Made by a program: the position numbers and the translations under genes. A stretch of 40,437 nucleotides of DNA from Chloroflexota bacterium (GTDB lineage: Bacteria; Chloroflexota; Dehalococcoidia; SM23-28-2; RBG-16-64-32). This document shows, piece after piece, positions 1 to 8,390 of this stretch. The stretch is taken from positions 1 to 40,437 of the forward strand of contig VBJS01000004.1 in assembly GCA_005880055.1 (NCBI GenBank), in the 5' to 3' direction. The notes beneath the pieces were generated by a model. That model was not told the origin of the DNA. It did not search any database and saw only the letters and a list, made by a program, of their open reading frames with translations. The first letter of the stretch is position 1; each line of letters opens with the position of its first letter.

Positions 1-10
1 GTGCGAGCTG

Positions 11-325
11 GTGGCGGAAGAACGAAAACGCAACCGCAACTGGGGCGGTCGTCGCCCCGGCGCCGGCGCGCCCAAGGGCAACCTCAACGGCTTCAAGCAC
101 GGCAGGCGATCGCGCCAACTGGCTGAAGCCGCCATGATCTTGGGCGCCGACCCGAGAATCCGCGACATCCTTCTCGCTCTGGGCAACCGGGCCGGTCTCA
201 AGCAGGCCAGGGCCGAAGAAGTCGCTGCCCGCTTCATGATCAACGCCATGGTCAAGGGCATCAAGATCGAGAACCCGGAGCAGGCCCGCGCCATCACCGA
301 CCTCATCCGAGGGCTGGCGAAATGA
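11..325 (+). CDS. Small basic hypothetical protein with a GGRRPGAGAPKGNLNGFKHG motif, possibly a DNA-binding protein of a phage or mobile element. It may start upstream of the window.
   Basis: 104-aa ORF from the track. There is no in-frame stop between positions 2 and 10, so the true start may lie off-window. The Arg/Lys-rich N-terminus carries a GAPKGNxNGxKHG-type motif that I recall from small phage DNA-binding or small-terminase-like proteins; this is from memory and not searched. It sits directly upstream of the repeat lattice. Confidence 0.5.
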   Translation: MAEERKRNRNWGGRRPGAGAPKGNLNGFKHGRRSRQLAEAAMILGADPRIRDILLALGNRAGLKQARAEEVAARFMINAMVKGIKIENPEQARAITDLIRGLAK

Positions 326-329
326 TTAG

Positions 330-525
330 ATCCGCTGCGCTTCGGTCGGAATGACACAAATAATCCGCTGCGCTCCGGTCGGAATGACACGGACCATCCA
401 ACGGGCGACCAGCCTGTGGCCCCCAGGCGGAGGCGGATGTCGCGGGGGTGTCCGGATTCCTCCACTCCGCCGCGCTGCGGTCGGAATGACATGGGGACGC
501 CGCTGCGGCTGCGGTCGGAATGACA
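330..525. repeat. Four direct copies of a 25-28-nt repeat (core CGGTCGGAATGACA), arranged as two tandem pairs.
   Basis: The copies lie at 330-357, 363-390, 466-492 and 498-525. The cores start at 343, 376, 478 and 512, giving spacings of 33, 102 and 34 nt. Copies 1 and 2 share ATCCGCTGCGCTYCGGTCGGAATGACAC. Copies 3 and 4 share GCTGCGGTCGGAATGACATGGGGA. Confidence 0.9.
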
Positions 526-557
526 TGGGGGATGCGGCCCACGGCCGGGAAATGGAA

Positions 558-588
558 CAGGCCCCCCGGTGTCTCGCTGGGGGGCCTG
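558..588 (-). terminator. Strong GC hairpin, possibly the terminator of the ftsK operon.
   Basis: GGCCCCCC (560-567) pairs with GGGGGGCC (579-586) around an 11-nt loop, and two flanking pairs extend the stem to 10 bp. On the minus strand it is followed by TGTTCCATTTCC, which is only moderately U-rich. It lies about 280 nt downstream of the ftsK stop. Confidence 0.3.
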
Positions 589-869
589 ATGGTTCTCGCG
601 ATTGATCCCGCGTTCGGCAGTATTGGTTCTTCGGCGGATTACCCGCTCGATGGGCTCTTGAGCCTGTTCCTCCCTAAGCCGCTCCGCGGTTTCACCCTTC
701 CCCTACGCTTCTACGCAGAGGACCTAGCTAAGTCCACCTCGAGTACTGCGTTCAGCGCATGAATCCTCATGTCGCTTTTACCTCCAGTCCTCTAGACCTA
801 CCACCAAAATAGCACTTGGGCGGAGGATGTCAAGCAGCCGGGCGGTTAATTTCGGCGGGAGATTCGCCG

Positions 870-3248
870 CTATTCGAAGCGGTCTTCGTCGCCCTCGGCG
901 CGATCTCCCGAAATCAAGACGATCCTCGACTGCCCACCCTCGGCGCCGCCGACGATGCCGTCCTCTTCCAGCAGGTCGATGAGGCGGGCGGCCCGCGGGT
1001 AGCCGATGTGCAGCCGCCGCTGGAGCATAGAGGTGGAGACACGAGAGTGCCGGACGGCGTGGTCCTTCGCTGCCTCGTAGAGCGGGTCGTCCTCCGATAG
1101 GCGCTCGCTAATCTCCTCGCCTTCCGCCTCCTCCAGCAGGTGGTCCAGCTTGTCGGGCGCCAGGTGGCGGAAGCGGTCGCTGGTCCACCAGGCGACGATG
1201 CGCTCGATCTCGATGTCGGAGACGTAGGAGCCCTGGATGCGCTTGGGCTTCGAGGCGTCGGTGGGCATGAAGAGCATGTCGCCGCGGCCGAGCAGCTTCT
1301 CGGCGCCGGCGCCGTCGATGATGGTCCGCGAGTCCACCTGGGAGGAGACGGCGAAGGCGATGCGAGTGGGGAAGTTGGCCTTGATCAGCCCGGTGACGAC
1401 GTCGACCGATGGCCGCTGCGTGGCCACGATCAGGTGGATGCCGGTGGCGCGGGCGAGCTGGGCCAGCCGGCAGAGCTGGCGCTCGACTTCGTAGGGGGAG
1501 GCCATCATCAGGTCAGCGAGCTCGTCGATGATCACCACCCAGTAGGGCAGGCGGTGGCTGGCACGCGGGCTCTTGTTGAACGCCTCGATGTTGCGCACGC
1601 CGATGTCGGCGAAGCGACGGTAACGGCTATCCATCTCGTGGATGATGGCCTGCAGGGTGCCGACGATCTCCTCGGTATCAGTGATGACCTTCGAAAACGC
1701 CAGGTGCGGAATGGTGGCGAAGGTCGCCAGCTCCACGCGCTTGGGGTCGATCAGCACCAGGCGCAACTCCTCGGGCGTGTTGTGCAGGAGCAGCGAGGCG
1801 ATGACGGAGTTGATGCAGACGCTCTTGCCGCTGCCCGTCGCGCCCGCGATGAGCAGATGAGGCATTCGCGCCAGGTCTGCCGCCAGGGGCTCGCCCGAGA
1901 CGCCCTTGCCCAGGGCGATGGCCAGCCGGGATCGGGCGTTCGCCTTCCCGAAAGCGACGCTCTCGATGACGCTGCGGATGGCGACGAGTGAAGTGGTGGT
2001 GTTCGGGACCTCGATGCCGATGATGGGCTTGCCCGGCACCGGCGCCTCGATGCGAATGGTCGGCGCGGCGAGCGCCAGCGCGAGGTCGTTGGCGAGGCCC
2101 GTGATCTTGTTCACCCGCACGCGAGTGCGCGAGACAACCTCGCTGCGCACCTGCGGGCGGCCGTCGCGGTCGTAGGCCGGGCGGCCTCGCTCGTCTCGCA
2201 TGGGAACAGAGCGTGTCTTGGTCTCCCAACCGGGCTCGACGCCGAATTGCGTAACCGTTGGTCCCTGGTTTACGGAGACAACGCGGGCGTCGACGCCGAA
2301 GGAGGCCAGAGTCTCGATGATGAGCTGAGCGCGCGCCTCGTTGTCGACCGGCCGCAGCTCCACCTCGGATGCTTCGGCGAGCAGGTCGAGGGGTGGCAGC
2401 TCCCAGCCGTGGCCGGCCGGGCGGCCCATGGGCAGCTCGCCCTGGAAAGCTTCATCGCCGGCACCGGCATACAGCTCGTCCGGCCCTTCGACGTCGTCCA
2501 CGAGGACAGGCGGTTCGACCGCAGGATTCGGGGGCGTTTCCGTCCACTCCTCGTCCCACTGCGGGACGTAGCCTGCCTGGAGGAGCTTGTCTTCCTCGGC
2601 TTCCTCCTCGGCGCGCGGCAGCAAGCTGGCGAAGAACGATTTCAGCACCCCGCCGACGGCTTGCGGGATGTTCAGGGAAGCGACGGCCCTTAGGACAGCA
2701 AGCCCGCCCCTCCCAGCGGCCCGCGTCGTACGCGGCGAGGTAAGCGTGATACCGGTGGCAGCAATCAGCAGCCAGGCCGCCACGCCGGGCGAGCTGCCTG
2801 TGAACACCCCGCCGAGATCTCCGCCTGCCGTCACTTCTCGGAAGGCGACATCGCCCACCTGCCAGTCCGGCGTGAACAGGGCGAGTGCGCCGAACGACGC
2901 CAGTCCCAGCATGTGCAGCCCCGCCCAGATTCGCAAGAGCCGCCAGTCCAGCAGCGGTCGGCGCAGCGCCAGGCGGGCATCAACCGTGGCGGCGACGACG
3001 ACGAGCGCCAGCCCAATGCCAAACGCGTTGAGCAATCCCTCGAAAGCCGCGACGAGCAGTGGCGCTGTCACCCAGAGAACGATGCTGACGGCGGCGATCC
3101 CGGCCAGCGCCAGCCAGGGCGCGGTCGGGACCTTCCAGGACCTCGGAATCGAAGGCGCGCGCCGTGTCGCTCGCCGCCGCTTAGTTGGGTGCGGCCGATA
3201 GCTCGTCGTTCGCCGCGGGCGGTGCTTCTGTTTTGTGCTAACCGGCAT
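870..3248 (-). CDS. ftsK: DNA translocase FtsK/SpoIIIE
   Basis: 792 aa. It has N-terminal TM segments, a Walker A motif (GATGSGKS), a Walker B region (VVIIDELADL), and a C-terminal gamma winged-helix (MLQRRLHIGYPRAARLIDLLEEDGIVG). Confidence 0.95.
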   Translation of the reverse strand: MPVSTKQKHRPRRTTSYRPHPTKRRRATRRAPSIPRSWKVPTAPWLALAGIAAVSIVLWVTAPLLVAAFEGLLNAFGIGLALVVVAATVDARLALRRPLLDWRLLRIWAGLHMLGLASFGALALFTPDWQVGDVAFREVTAGGDLGGVFTGSSPGVAAWLLIAATGITLTSPRTTRAAGRGGLAVLRAVASLNIPQAVGGVLKSFFASLLPRAEEEAEEDKLLQAGYVPQWDEEWTETPPNPAVEPPVLVDDVEGPDELYAGAGDEAFQGELPMGRPAGHGWELPPLDLLAEASEVELRPVDNEARAQLIIETLASFGVDARVVSVNQGPTVTQFGVEPGWETKTRSVPMRDERGRPAYDRDGRPQVRSEVVSRTRVRVNKITGLANDLALALAAPTIRIEAPVPGKPIIGIEVPNTTTSLVAIRSVIESVAFGKANARSRLAIALGKGVSGEPLAADLARMPHLLIAGATGSGKSVCINSVIASLLLHNTPEELRLVLIDPKRVELATFATIPHLAFSKVITDTEEIVGTLQAIIHEMDSRYRRFADIGVRNIEAFNKSPRASHRLPYWVVIIDELADLMMASPYEVERQLCRLAQLARATGIHLIVATQRPSVDVVTGLIKANFPTRIAFAVSSQVDSRTIIDGAGAEKLLGRGDMLFMPTDASKPKRIQGSYVSDIEIERIVAWWTSDRFRHLAPDKLDHLLEEAEGEEISERLSEDDPLYEAAKDHAVRHSRVSTSMLQRRLHIGYPRAARLIDLLEEDGIVGGAEGGQSRIVLISGDRAEGDEDRFE

Positions 3249-3251
3249 ACA

Positions 3252-4919
3252 CTAGACTTCCACGCTCACGGGAAGCACCATCGGCCGTCTGCGTGTCTCA
3301 TCGTAGAGAAATCTGGCAAGAGCATCGTGCACTCTCGTGTTGAAATCGCTGCGGTCGGCGACATGTTCGGCGCCGGACAGGGCCTGGGTGATCACATCAC
3401 GCGCCCGTTCCATCAGGCCGTCCGACATCTCCGCTTCCACGAACCCTCTAGATACAACGTCAGGCCGTCCGATAGGTTTACCGGTATGCTTATCCATCGT
3501 CACGATCGCGACAATCACGCCGTCGCCCGCCAGGTGCTTGCGGTCGCGCAGCACGATGCGATCGACGCCCACCGCCAGTCCGTCGACGTATACGAAGTCC
3601 GCAGGCGTGTGGCCGGTCACTCTGGCGCCGCGCTTGTCGATTTCGAGCACGTCGCCGTCTTCCAGGATGAACACATCTTCTCGAGGTATCTGCATCGCCT
3701 GCGCGAGCTGCGAGTGCATCCAGAGGTGGCGGTACTCGCCGTGAACGGGAACGAAGTACTTGGGCTTGACCAGCCCAATCATCAGCTTCAACTCCTCCTG
3801 CGCCGCGTGGCCGCGCACGTGCACGTTGGCGATCCGGCTGAAGAGCACGTTGGCGCCCAGGCGGTATAGGTTATCGATGGTGCGGTTGATCAGCACCTCG
3901 TTACCGGGAATGGCGGAGGAGGAGAAGACCACGGTGTCGCCCGCCTGTATCTCGATGTGACGGTGGTCGCGGTTGGCCATGCGGACGAGCGCTGACGTGG
4001 GTTCGCCCTGCGCTCCAGTGGTGACAATGGCGATGCGCTCCGGCGGCAGCTTTCGCATCTTGTCCAGGGAGGCCAGGATGTTGTCCGGCGCGTTCAGGTA
4101 GCCCTGCTGGATGGCCATTTCCACGTTGTCCATCATGCTGCGGCCGGTCACGAACAGGCGCCGGTTGTTCTTGACAGCGGCATCGATCACCTGCTGGACG
4201 CGGGCGATCAGCGACGCGAAAGTGGCGACGATGACGCGGCCGGGCGCGTCCGCCATGATCTGGTCCAGCGCCGGCGATATCGTCTGCTCCGAGGGGGTGT
4301 ATCCCGGCGTGTCGGCATACGTCGAGTCTGAAAACAGCAGGACGACGCCCTGCCTGCCGAGCTCTGCTATTCGCGACAGGTCCGGTGGACCTCCCATGAT
4401 GGGGGTGTGATCAAACTTGAAGTCGCCGGTGTGGAAGACGAGGCCGACCGGCGTCTGGATGGCCAGAGCGGCGGAGTCAGGGATGCTGTGCGTGATGTGC
4501 ACGAACTCCGCCGTCATCCGGCCGAGCTTGACTCGCTCGCCCGGCTGTACGACGCGAACGCTGGCCTGTGAGGCCAGGTTGTGCTCGCGGAGCTTCACGT
4601 CTATAAGCCCCCGCGTCAGCCGGGTGCAGTACACCACAGGCAGCCGGCCGTTAGGCAGCGCCAGCTTGGGGAGTACATAGGGCAGCGCGCCCGTGTGGTC
4701 CTCGTGTCCGTGTGTGATAAGGATCCCGCGCAGCTTGTGCAGCCGTTCCTCGACGTACGTCACGTCGGGGATGACGAGATCGACGCCCAACATCTCCTCT
4801 TCCGGAAACATCAGGCCGGCGTCGACGAGGATCAAGTCCTCGGGCGTCTCCAGGGCCATCATGTTCTTGCCGATCTCGCCCAGCCCCCCGAGCGGGACAA
4901 CAGTGAGCTTGTCTGGCAT
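3252..4919 (-). CDS. rnj: Ribonuclease J (metallo-beta-lactamase / beta-CASP)
   Basis: It carries the HGHEDH motif (ITHGHEDHTGALPYV) and is 555 aa when started at MPDKLTVVPLGGLGEIGKN (ATG at 4919). The 119-codon upstream extension of the track ORF overlaps the UDG gene, so I rejected it. The UDG stop at 4922 sits 2 nt before this ATG. Confidence 0.93.
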   Translation of the reverse strand: MPDKLTVVPLGGLGEIGKNMMALETPEDLILVDAGLMFPEEEMLGVDLVIPDVTYVEERLHKLRGILITHGHEDHTGALPYVLPKLALPNGRLPVVYCTRLTRGLIDVKLREHNLASQASVRVVQPGERVKLGRMTAEFVHITHSIPDSAALAIQTPVGLVFHTGDFKFDHTPIMGGPPDLSRIAELGRQGVVLLFSDSTYADTPGYTPSEQTISPALDQIMADAPGRVIVATFASLIARVQQVIDAAVKNNRRLFVTGRSMMDNVEMAIQQGYLNAPDNILASLDKMRKLPPERIAIVTTGAQGEPTSALVRMANRDHRHIEIQAGDTVVFSSSAIPGNEVLINRTIDNLYRLGANVLFSRIANVHVRGHAAQEELKLMIGLVKPKYFVPVHGEYRHLWMHSQLAQAMQIPREDVFILEDGDVLEIDKRGARVTGHTPADFVYVDGLAVGVDRIVLRDRKHLAGDGVIVAIVTMDKHTGKPIGRPDVVSRGFVEAEMSDGLMERARDVITQALSGAEHVADRSDFNTRVHDALARFLYDETRRRPMVLPVSVEV

Positions 4920-4921
4920 GG

Positions 4922-5527
4922 CTACTTGAAGAGCCGCATCTGCTCCACCGCAGGCTCCGGGGGCGCGGGTGCAGCCGTCTGGCGCGCCTTCGAAAGCGCC
5001 TCCGGTATCTTCCGAAACTCTTGCTCGATGACGGCGCGAAGACCACCATGCAGGGCGGCCGCGGGATGGTACATGTGCAGAAAATGAATCCCATCGCGCT
5101 CTCGGATGTGCCCGTGCACCCGGCTGATTGTGTCCCTGGGAAAGAACCAGGCGAGCGAATACCGGCCCAGAGTAATGATGAGTAGCGGCCGTATCAGCTC
5201 GATCTGGCGCTCCAGGTACGTGCGGCAGGCGTCGATCTCGACCGGGAGCGGATCCCGGTTCTGCGGCGGCCGGCACTTGACGACGTTGGTGATATAAACA
5301 TCGGTGCGCTTCAAGCCAACGGAGCCTAGCAGCTCTTCCAGAAGCCGTCCGGCAGCGCCGACGAACGGCCGTCCCTGCTGGTCTTCGTGGTAGCCGGGGC
5401 CTTCGCCGACCAGCATGATCTCGGCGTTTTCGGGGCCCTCTCCCGGGACGGCGCGCGTCCGGGTCTTACAGAGGTCGCAGTTGGGGCAGGATGCGATGCG
5501 GGTGACCAGCTCCTGGAGCGCACTCAC
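4922..5527 (-). CDS. Uracil-DNA glycosylase, family 4 (Fe-S type)
   Basis: 201 aa. N-terminal Cys cluster CPNCDLC, motif A GEGPGYHEDQQGRPFVGAAG, and a C-terminal HPAAAL-type motif. Confidence 0.88.
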   Translation of the reverse strand: MSALQELVTRIASCPNCDLCKTRTRAVPGEGPENAEIMLVGEGPGYHEDQQGRPFVGAAGRLLEELLGSVGLKRTDVYITNVVKCRPPQNRDPLPVEIDACRTYLERQIELIRPLLIITLGRYSLAWFFPRDTISRVHGHIRERDGIHFLHMYHPAAALHGGLRAVIEQEFRKIPEALSKARQTAAPAPPEPAVEQMRLFK

Positions 5528-5590
5528 GTTGGGAAGATAATAGCGCCGGAGCAGCGGCCGGTCAAACTAATTCGCTAGGCAGAATTATCA

Positions 5591-6370
5591 TTAAACGCGT
5601 GGCTGCCGCGGCTGTACCAGCACGGCGAGAACGATACCGGCGAAGTAGAGCACTATGATCGGCCCGGCGACCAGCGACTGCGTAACGGGGTCGATGGTCG
5701 GCGTGACAATAGCAGCGATTATGAAGGCGCCGACGATAGCCGGGCGCCACCAGTGAAGCAGCTGCCGGGCGCTCACGATCCCGAAGCGTGCCAGGAACAT
5801 GACGATGATCGGCGTCTCGAATGCCACGCCCGTCCAGAATAGGAGCCGCGTCACGAAATCTATGTAGCTGCCGACGCGGATGTTGGGCTGGGCCAGGTCA
5901 TCGCCGAAGTTTAGCAGGAAGTCCAGCGCCGGCGGTAACGCGACATAATAAGCGAAGGCCACGCCGGACAGGAAAAGCGCCATCGCGCCGGCCGTTGTCC
6001 CGTAGACCCACCGCCGCTCGCCCGGATTTAGGCCGGGAGAGACGAAGCGGAGCGCCTGGTAGACGATCACCGGCATCGCCAGTATTAGGCCGCCCAGCAG
6101 CGCCACCTTGAAGTAGGTGACGAACAGCTCGAACGGCTCGATGAACTGAAGCCGGAAGTTCTCGCTCCGGTCCTCCGCCGGCTGCTTGAGGAAATCGATC
6201 AGATCCTTTCCGAAATAGGCGGAAACGGCCAGTCCCAGGACGACCGCGACTGAAGAGACCATCAGCCGGTAGCGCAGCTCTTGGAGGTGCTCGAAGAGGG
6301 TTAGGTACTTCTCGCCGCGTTCGTTCTCCTCCGGCGTACCGGGGGACTCAGGCGCGGCGGAGCGGGCCAT
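5591..6370 (-). CDS. tatC: Twin-arginine translocase subunit TatC
   Basis: 259 aa and polytopic. It has the characteristic N-terminal LTLFEHLQELRYRL motif and about 6 TM segments. Confidence 0.92.
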   Translation of the reverse strand: MARSAAPESPGTPEENERGEKYLTLFEHLQELRYRLMVSSVAVVLGLAVSAYFGKDLIDFLKQPAEDRSENFRLQFIEPFELFVTYFKVALLGGLILAMPVIVYQALRFVSPGLNPGERRWVYGTTAGAMALFLSGVAFAYYVALPPALDFLLNFGDDLAQPNIRVGSYIDFVTRLLFWTGVAFETPIIVMFLARFGIVSARQLLHWWRPAIVGAFIIAAIVTPTIDPVTQSLVAGPIIVLYFAGIVLAVLVQPRQPRV

Positions 6371-6393
6371 ATCTCTTAACCGTCAGCCGGCTG

Positions 6394-6738
6394 TCAGGCG
6401 CCGTTGCGGCCGCGCTCTGATGGTGGCGGCTCGCCGGGTGGTTCGATAATCGGTTCCTCAATCAACGTGCGGCCCACTTCGCCGGTGACAGAGCCAAAGT
6501 CGTCGCGGACAGACTGGCGGAACTCTTGCAGCTCCCGCCGCACGCCTTCGTACTCTTTGGTCAACTCGTCGAGTTCCGCACGCATCTGGGCGGTGGCGCT
6601 GTTTGCGAATCCGCGCAGGTAGCGGACGGCGCGGGCCATCTGCACCGCCAGTTCCGGTATGCGATCCGGCCCCAGGACGATGGTGGCGACCACAAAGACC
6701 AGAACGAGCTCCAGCGGGCCGACGCCAAAGAAGTTCAT
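6394..6738 (-). CDS. tatA: Twin-arginine translocase TatA/TatB-family subunit
   Basis: 114 aa. FGVGPLELVLVFVVATIVLGPDRIPEL forms a TM segment, a hinge Gly-Pro and an amphipathic helix, followed by a charged tail. Confidence 0.85.
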   Translation of the reverse strand: MNFFGVGPLELVLVFVVATIVLGPDRIPELAVQMARAVRYLRGFANSATAQMRAELDELTKEYEGVRRELQEFRQSVRDDFGSVTGEVGRTLIEEPIIEPPGEPPPSERGRNGA

Positions 6739-6869
6739 CGTTTCTGCTCGCGTTCGTCAAGCCAATGGAAGAAGGCGGCGACGGCCGCGCCAACCTCGGT
6801 AGGAAACATAATGACGACGACCAAGAGTGTAAGGACAAGTACTCCAATACCGATCGTCAGAATTTCCAT
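6735..6869 (-). CDS. Unlisted 44-codon hydrophobic ORF, translationally coupled to tatA (ATGA overlap).
   Basis: Hand translation gives MEILTIGIGVLVLTLLVVVIMFPTEVGAAVAAFFHWLDEREQKR. Its TGA (6737-6735) overlaps the tatA ATG (6738-6736). It has one predicted TM helix. There is no clear SD, but a TATAAT box lies 12 nt upstream. It is below the size cutoff of the supplied ORF track. Confidence 0.4.
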   Translation of the reverse strand: MEILTIGIGVLVLTLLVVVIMFPTEVGAAVAAFFHWLDEREQKR

Positions 6870-6889
6870 GACGCGGTTCTAATTATAGG

Positions 6890-6919
6890 ACAAGAAAAGC
6901 TCCCGCACCTGCGGGAGCT
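6890..6919 (-). terminator. Intrinsic terminator after acpP
   Basis: On the minus strand, AGCTCCCGC-AGGT-GCGGGAGCT forms a 9-bp stem (6898-6919) followed by TTTTCTTGT. It lies 25 nt downstream of the acpP stop. Confidence 0.7.
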
Positions 6920-6943
6920 GGAGAGACCGGCGCCAGTTGGCGC

Positions 6944-7210
6944 TCAGGCTTCGTCTTCCGCGATGCCCTGCTCCATGATGTAGTTCACCGCGTCCTGGAC
7001 TGTGACGATCTTCTCTGCCTCTTCGTCCGGTATCTCGATGCTCTTCCCCTCTTTGCTGAACTCTTCTTCGAGCGACATGATCAGCTCAACGAGGTCCAGG
7101 GAGTCGGCGTTCAGGTCCTCGACAAACGCGGTCTGTGGAGTAATCTCCGATTCCTCAACACCCAGCTGCTCCGCGATAATCTTCCGCACGCGCTCGAAAA
7201 CGGCAGGCAC
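6944..7210 (-). CDS. acpP: Acyl carrier protein
   Basis: 88 aa and acidic, with the phosphopantetheine-attachment motif [13 protein letters not shown]. Confidence 0.95.
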   Translation of the reverse strand: MPAVFERVRKIIAEQLGVEESEITPQTAFVEDLNADSLDLVELIMSLEEEFSKEGKSIEIPDEEAEKIVTVQDAVNYIMEQGIAEDEA

Positions 7211-7227
7211 TCAGCACCTCCTTAAGG

Positions 7228-7647
7228 TCAGTGTGGGGCAGCCAGCAAGCTGACAGAACCCAGGACTCCGTTGATGAACTTCGGAGAGTTTTCGCCGCCG
7301 TACTCTTTGGCCAGCTCAACGGCCTCGTTGATGGCGGCCCGCATTGGCACCTTATTATCGATGAGGACTTCGTATATCGCAAGCCGCAGTATGTTCCGGT
7401 CAATAGCGGCGATCTGGTCCAGCGGCCAGGCGGGCGCCGTCCGGCGGATCGTCTCATCGATGCGCTCGCGGTTGCCGAGGACGCCTTCCACCAGCAGGCG
7501 CGCGAAGCTTTCCGCCTCTTTAGATGCCGCTATCCCCTCGAGTAGCCTCTCGATCGCTTCGTTCGGTGCATGGCCGACAGTGTCTAACTCGTACAAGGCT
7601 TGAAGCGCCAGGATTCTCGCCTTCCTCCGCGTCCCACTCATGGTCAA
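7228..7647 (-). CDS. nusB: Transcription antitermination factor NusB
   Basis: 139 aa, with [16 protein letters not shown] and a typical NusB C-terminal half ([25 protein letters not shown]). Its start overlaps the fabG stop (ATGA). Confidence 0.9.
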   Translation of the reverse strand: MTMSGTRRKARILALQALYELDTVGHAPNEAIERLLEGIAASKEAESFARLLVEGVLGNRERIDETIRRTAPAWPLDQIAAIDRNILRLAIYEVLIDNKVPMRAAINEAVELAKEYGGENSPKFINGVLGSVSLLAAPH

Positions 7648-8390
7648 AGACCCAGGCCGCCGTCCACCGGCAGGACGTGCCCCGTGATATATCCGGCCTC
7701 CTCTGAGGCAAGGAATAGAACTGTGGCCGCTACATCTTCGGCCTTTCCGAGCCGGCTTACCAACAAGCGTTGCTTCACGCCTTCGACAATCTCTCTGCGG
7801 ATGTCTTTTGTCAACTCGGTAATGATGAGGCCGGGCATGATCAGGTTGGCGGTGACGTTTCGGGAACCCATTTCGCGGGCGACCGCGCGGGTGAAGCCGA
7901 TCAGGCCGGACTTCGCCGCCGCATAGTTGGCCTGCCCGGCGTTTCCGGCGAGGCCGGACACGCTGCCGATGTTAACGATGCGCCCCCAGCGCTGGCGCAT
8001 CATAGGCTTGAGCGCCGCGCGGGTGCAGAGGAACACTGCCCGCAGGTTGAGCGCCATGACCTCGTCCCAGTCGTCGGTCGTCATACGCAGTATGAGTGTA
8101 TCGCGGTTATAGCCGGCGTTATTGACAAGAATATCCAGGCGGCCAAAGGCATCCAGCGTGTCCTTCACAATGCGCTCGGCGTCGTCGGGCAGGCGGACGT
8201 CGCCCTGGGTGATCAGCGCCTTGCCGCCGGCCGCTTCTATCTCCTCGCGAAGCGACTTCGCCTGCTCGGCGCTCTGCAGGTAGTTGATAGCAACGTATGC
8301 CCCAGCCTGCGCCAACCGCCGCGCGATCTCCCGGCCGATCCCCCGCGAACCACCGGTGACCAGCGCTACGCGCCCGCTCAGGTCAAACAT
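7644..8390 (-). CDS. fabG: 3-oxoacyl-ACP reductase (SDR)
   Basis: TGGSRGIG Rossmann motif, NNAG, and the YAAAK catalytic motif. The start is taken at [14 protein letters not shown] (ATG at 8390), which overlaps the fabD stop by 8 nt (ATGTTTGA). That gives 248 aa. Confidence 0.92.
   Translation of the reverse strand: MFDLSGRVALVTGGSRGIGREIARRLAQAGAYVAINYLQSAEQAKSLREEIEAAGGKALITQGDVRLPDDAERIVKDTLDAFGRLDILVNNAGYNRDTLILRMTTDDWDEVMALNLRAVFLCTRAALKPMMRQRWGRIVNIGSVSGLAGNAGQANYAAAKSGLIGFTRAVAREMGSRNVTANLIMPGLIITELTKDIRREIVEGVKQRLLVSRLGKAEDVAATVLFLASEEAGYITGHVLPVDGGLGL

Noticed and set aside
330-525. A CRISPR array interpretation of the four direct repeats.
   Set aside because: The spacers within pairs are only 5-7 nt long. 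The two pairs belong to different sequence subfamilies. There are only 4 units and no cas genes in 40 kb.
303-605. The track ORFs 303..542(-), 326..526(-) and 351..605(+) carry repeated peptides such as CHSDRSAA and VIPTAA/VIPTGA.
   Set aside because: The peptide repeats simply mirror the DNA repeat lattice in every frame. The ORFs overlap each other on both strands, have Arg/Pro/Gly-rich shadow composition, and have no SD.
572-812. A tmRNA or tRNA-like gene, considering that GGGGGCCTGATGG resembles a tmRNA 5' end and the plus strand reads ...CCTACCACCA near 800-808.
   Set aside because: The putative 5' and 3' ends are not complementary, so there is no acceptor stem. There is no GTTCRANYC T-loop and no tag-ORF pattern, and the length of about 237 nt is too short.
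4920-5276. A 119-codon N-terminal extension of the RNase J ORF.
   Set aside because: It overlaps the well-supported UDG gene in another frame and has Arg/Pro/Ala-rich shadow composition. The conserved RNase J N-terminus begins at the internal ATG at 4919.
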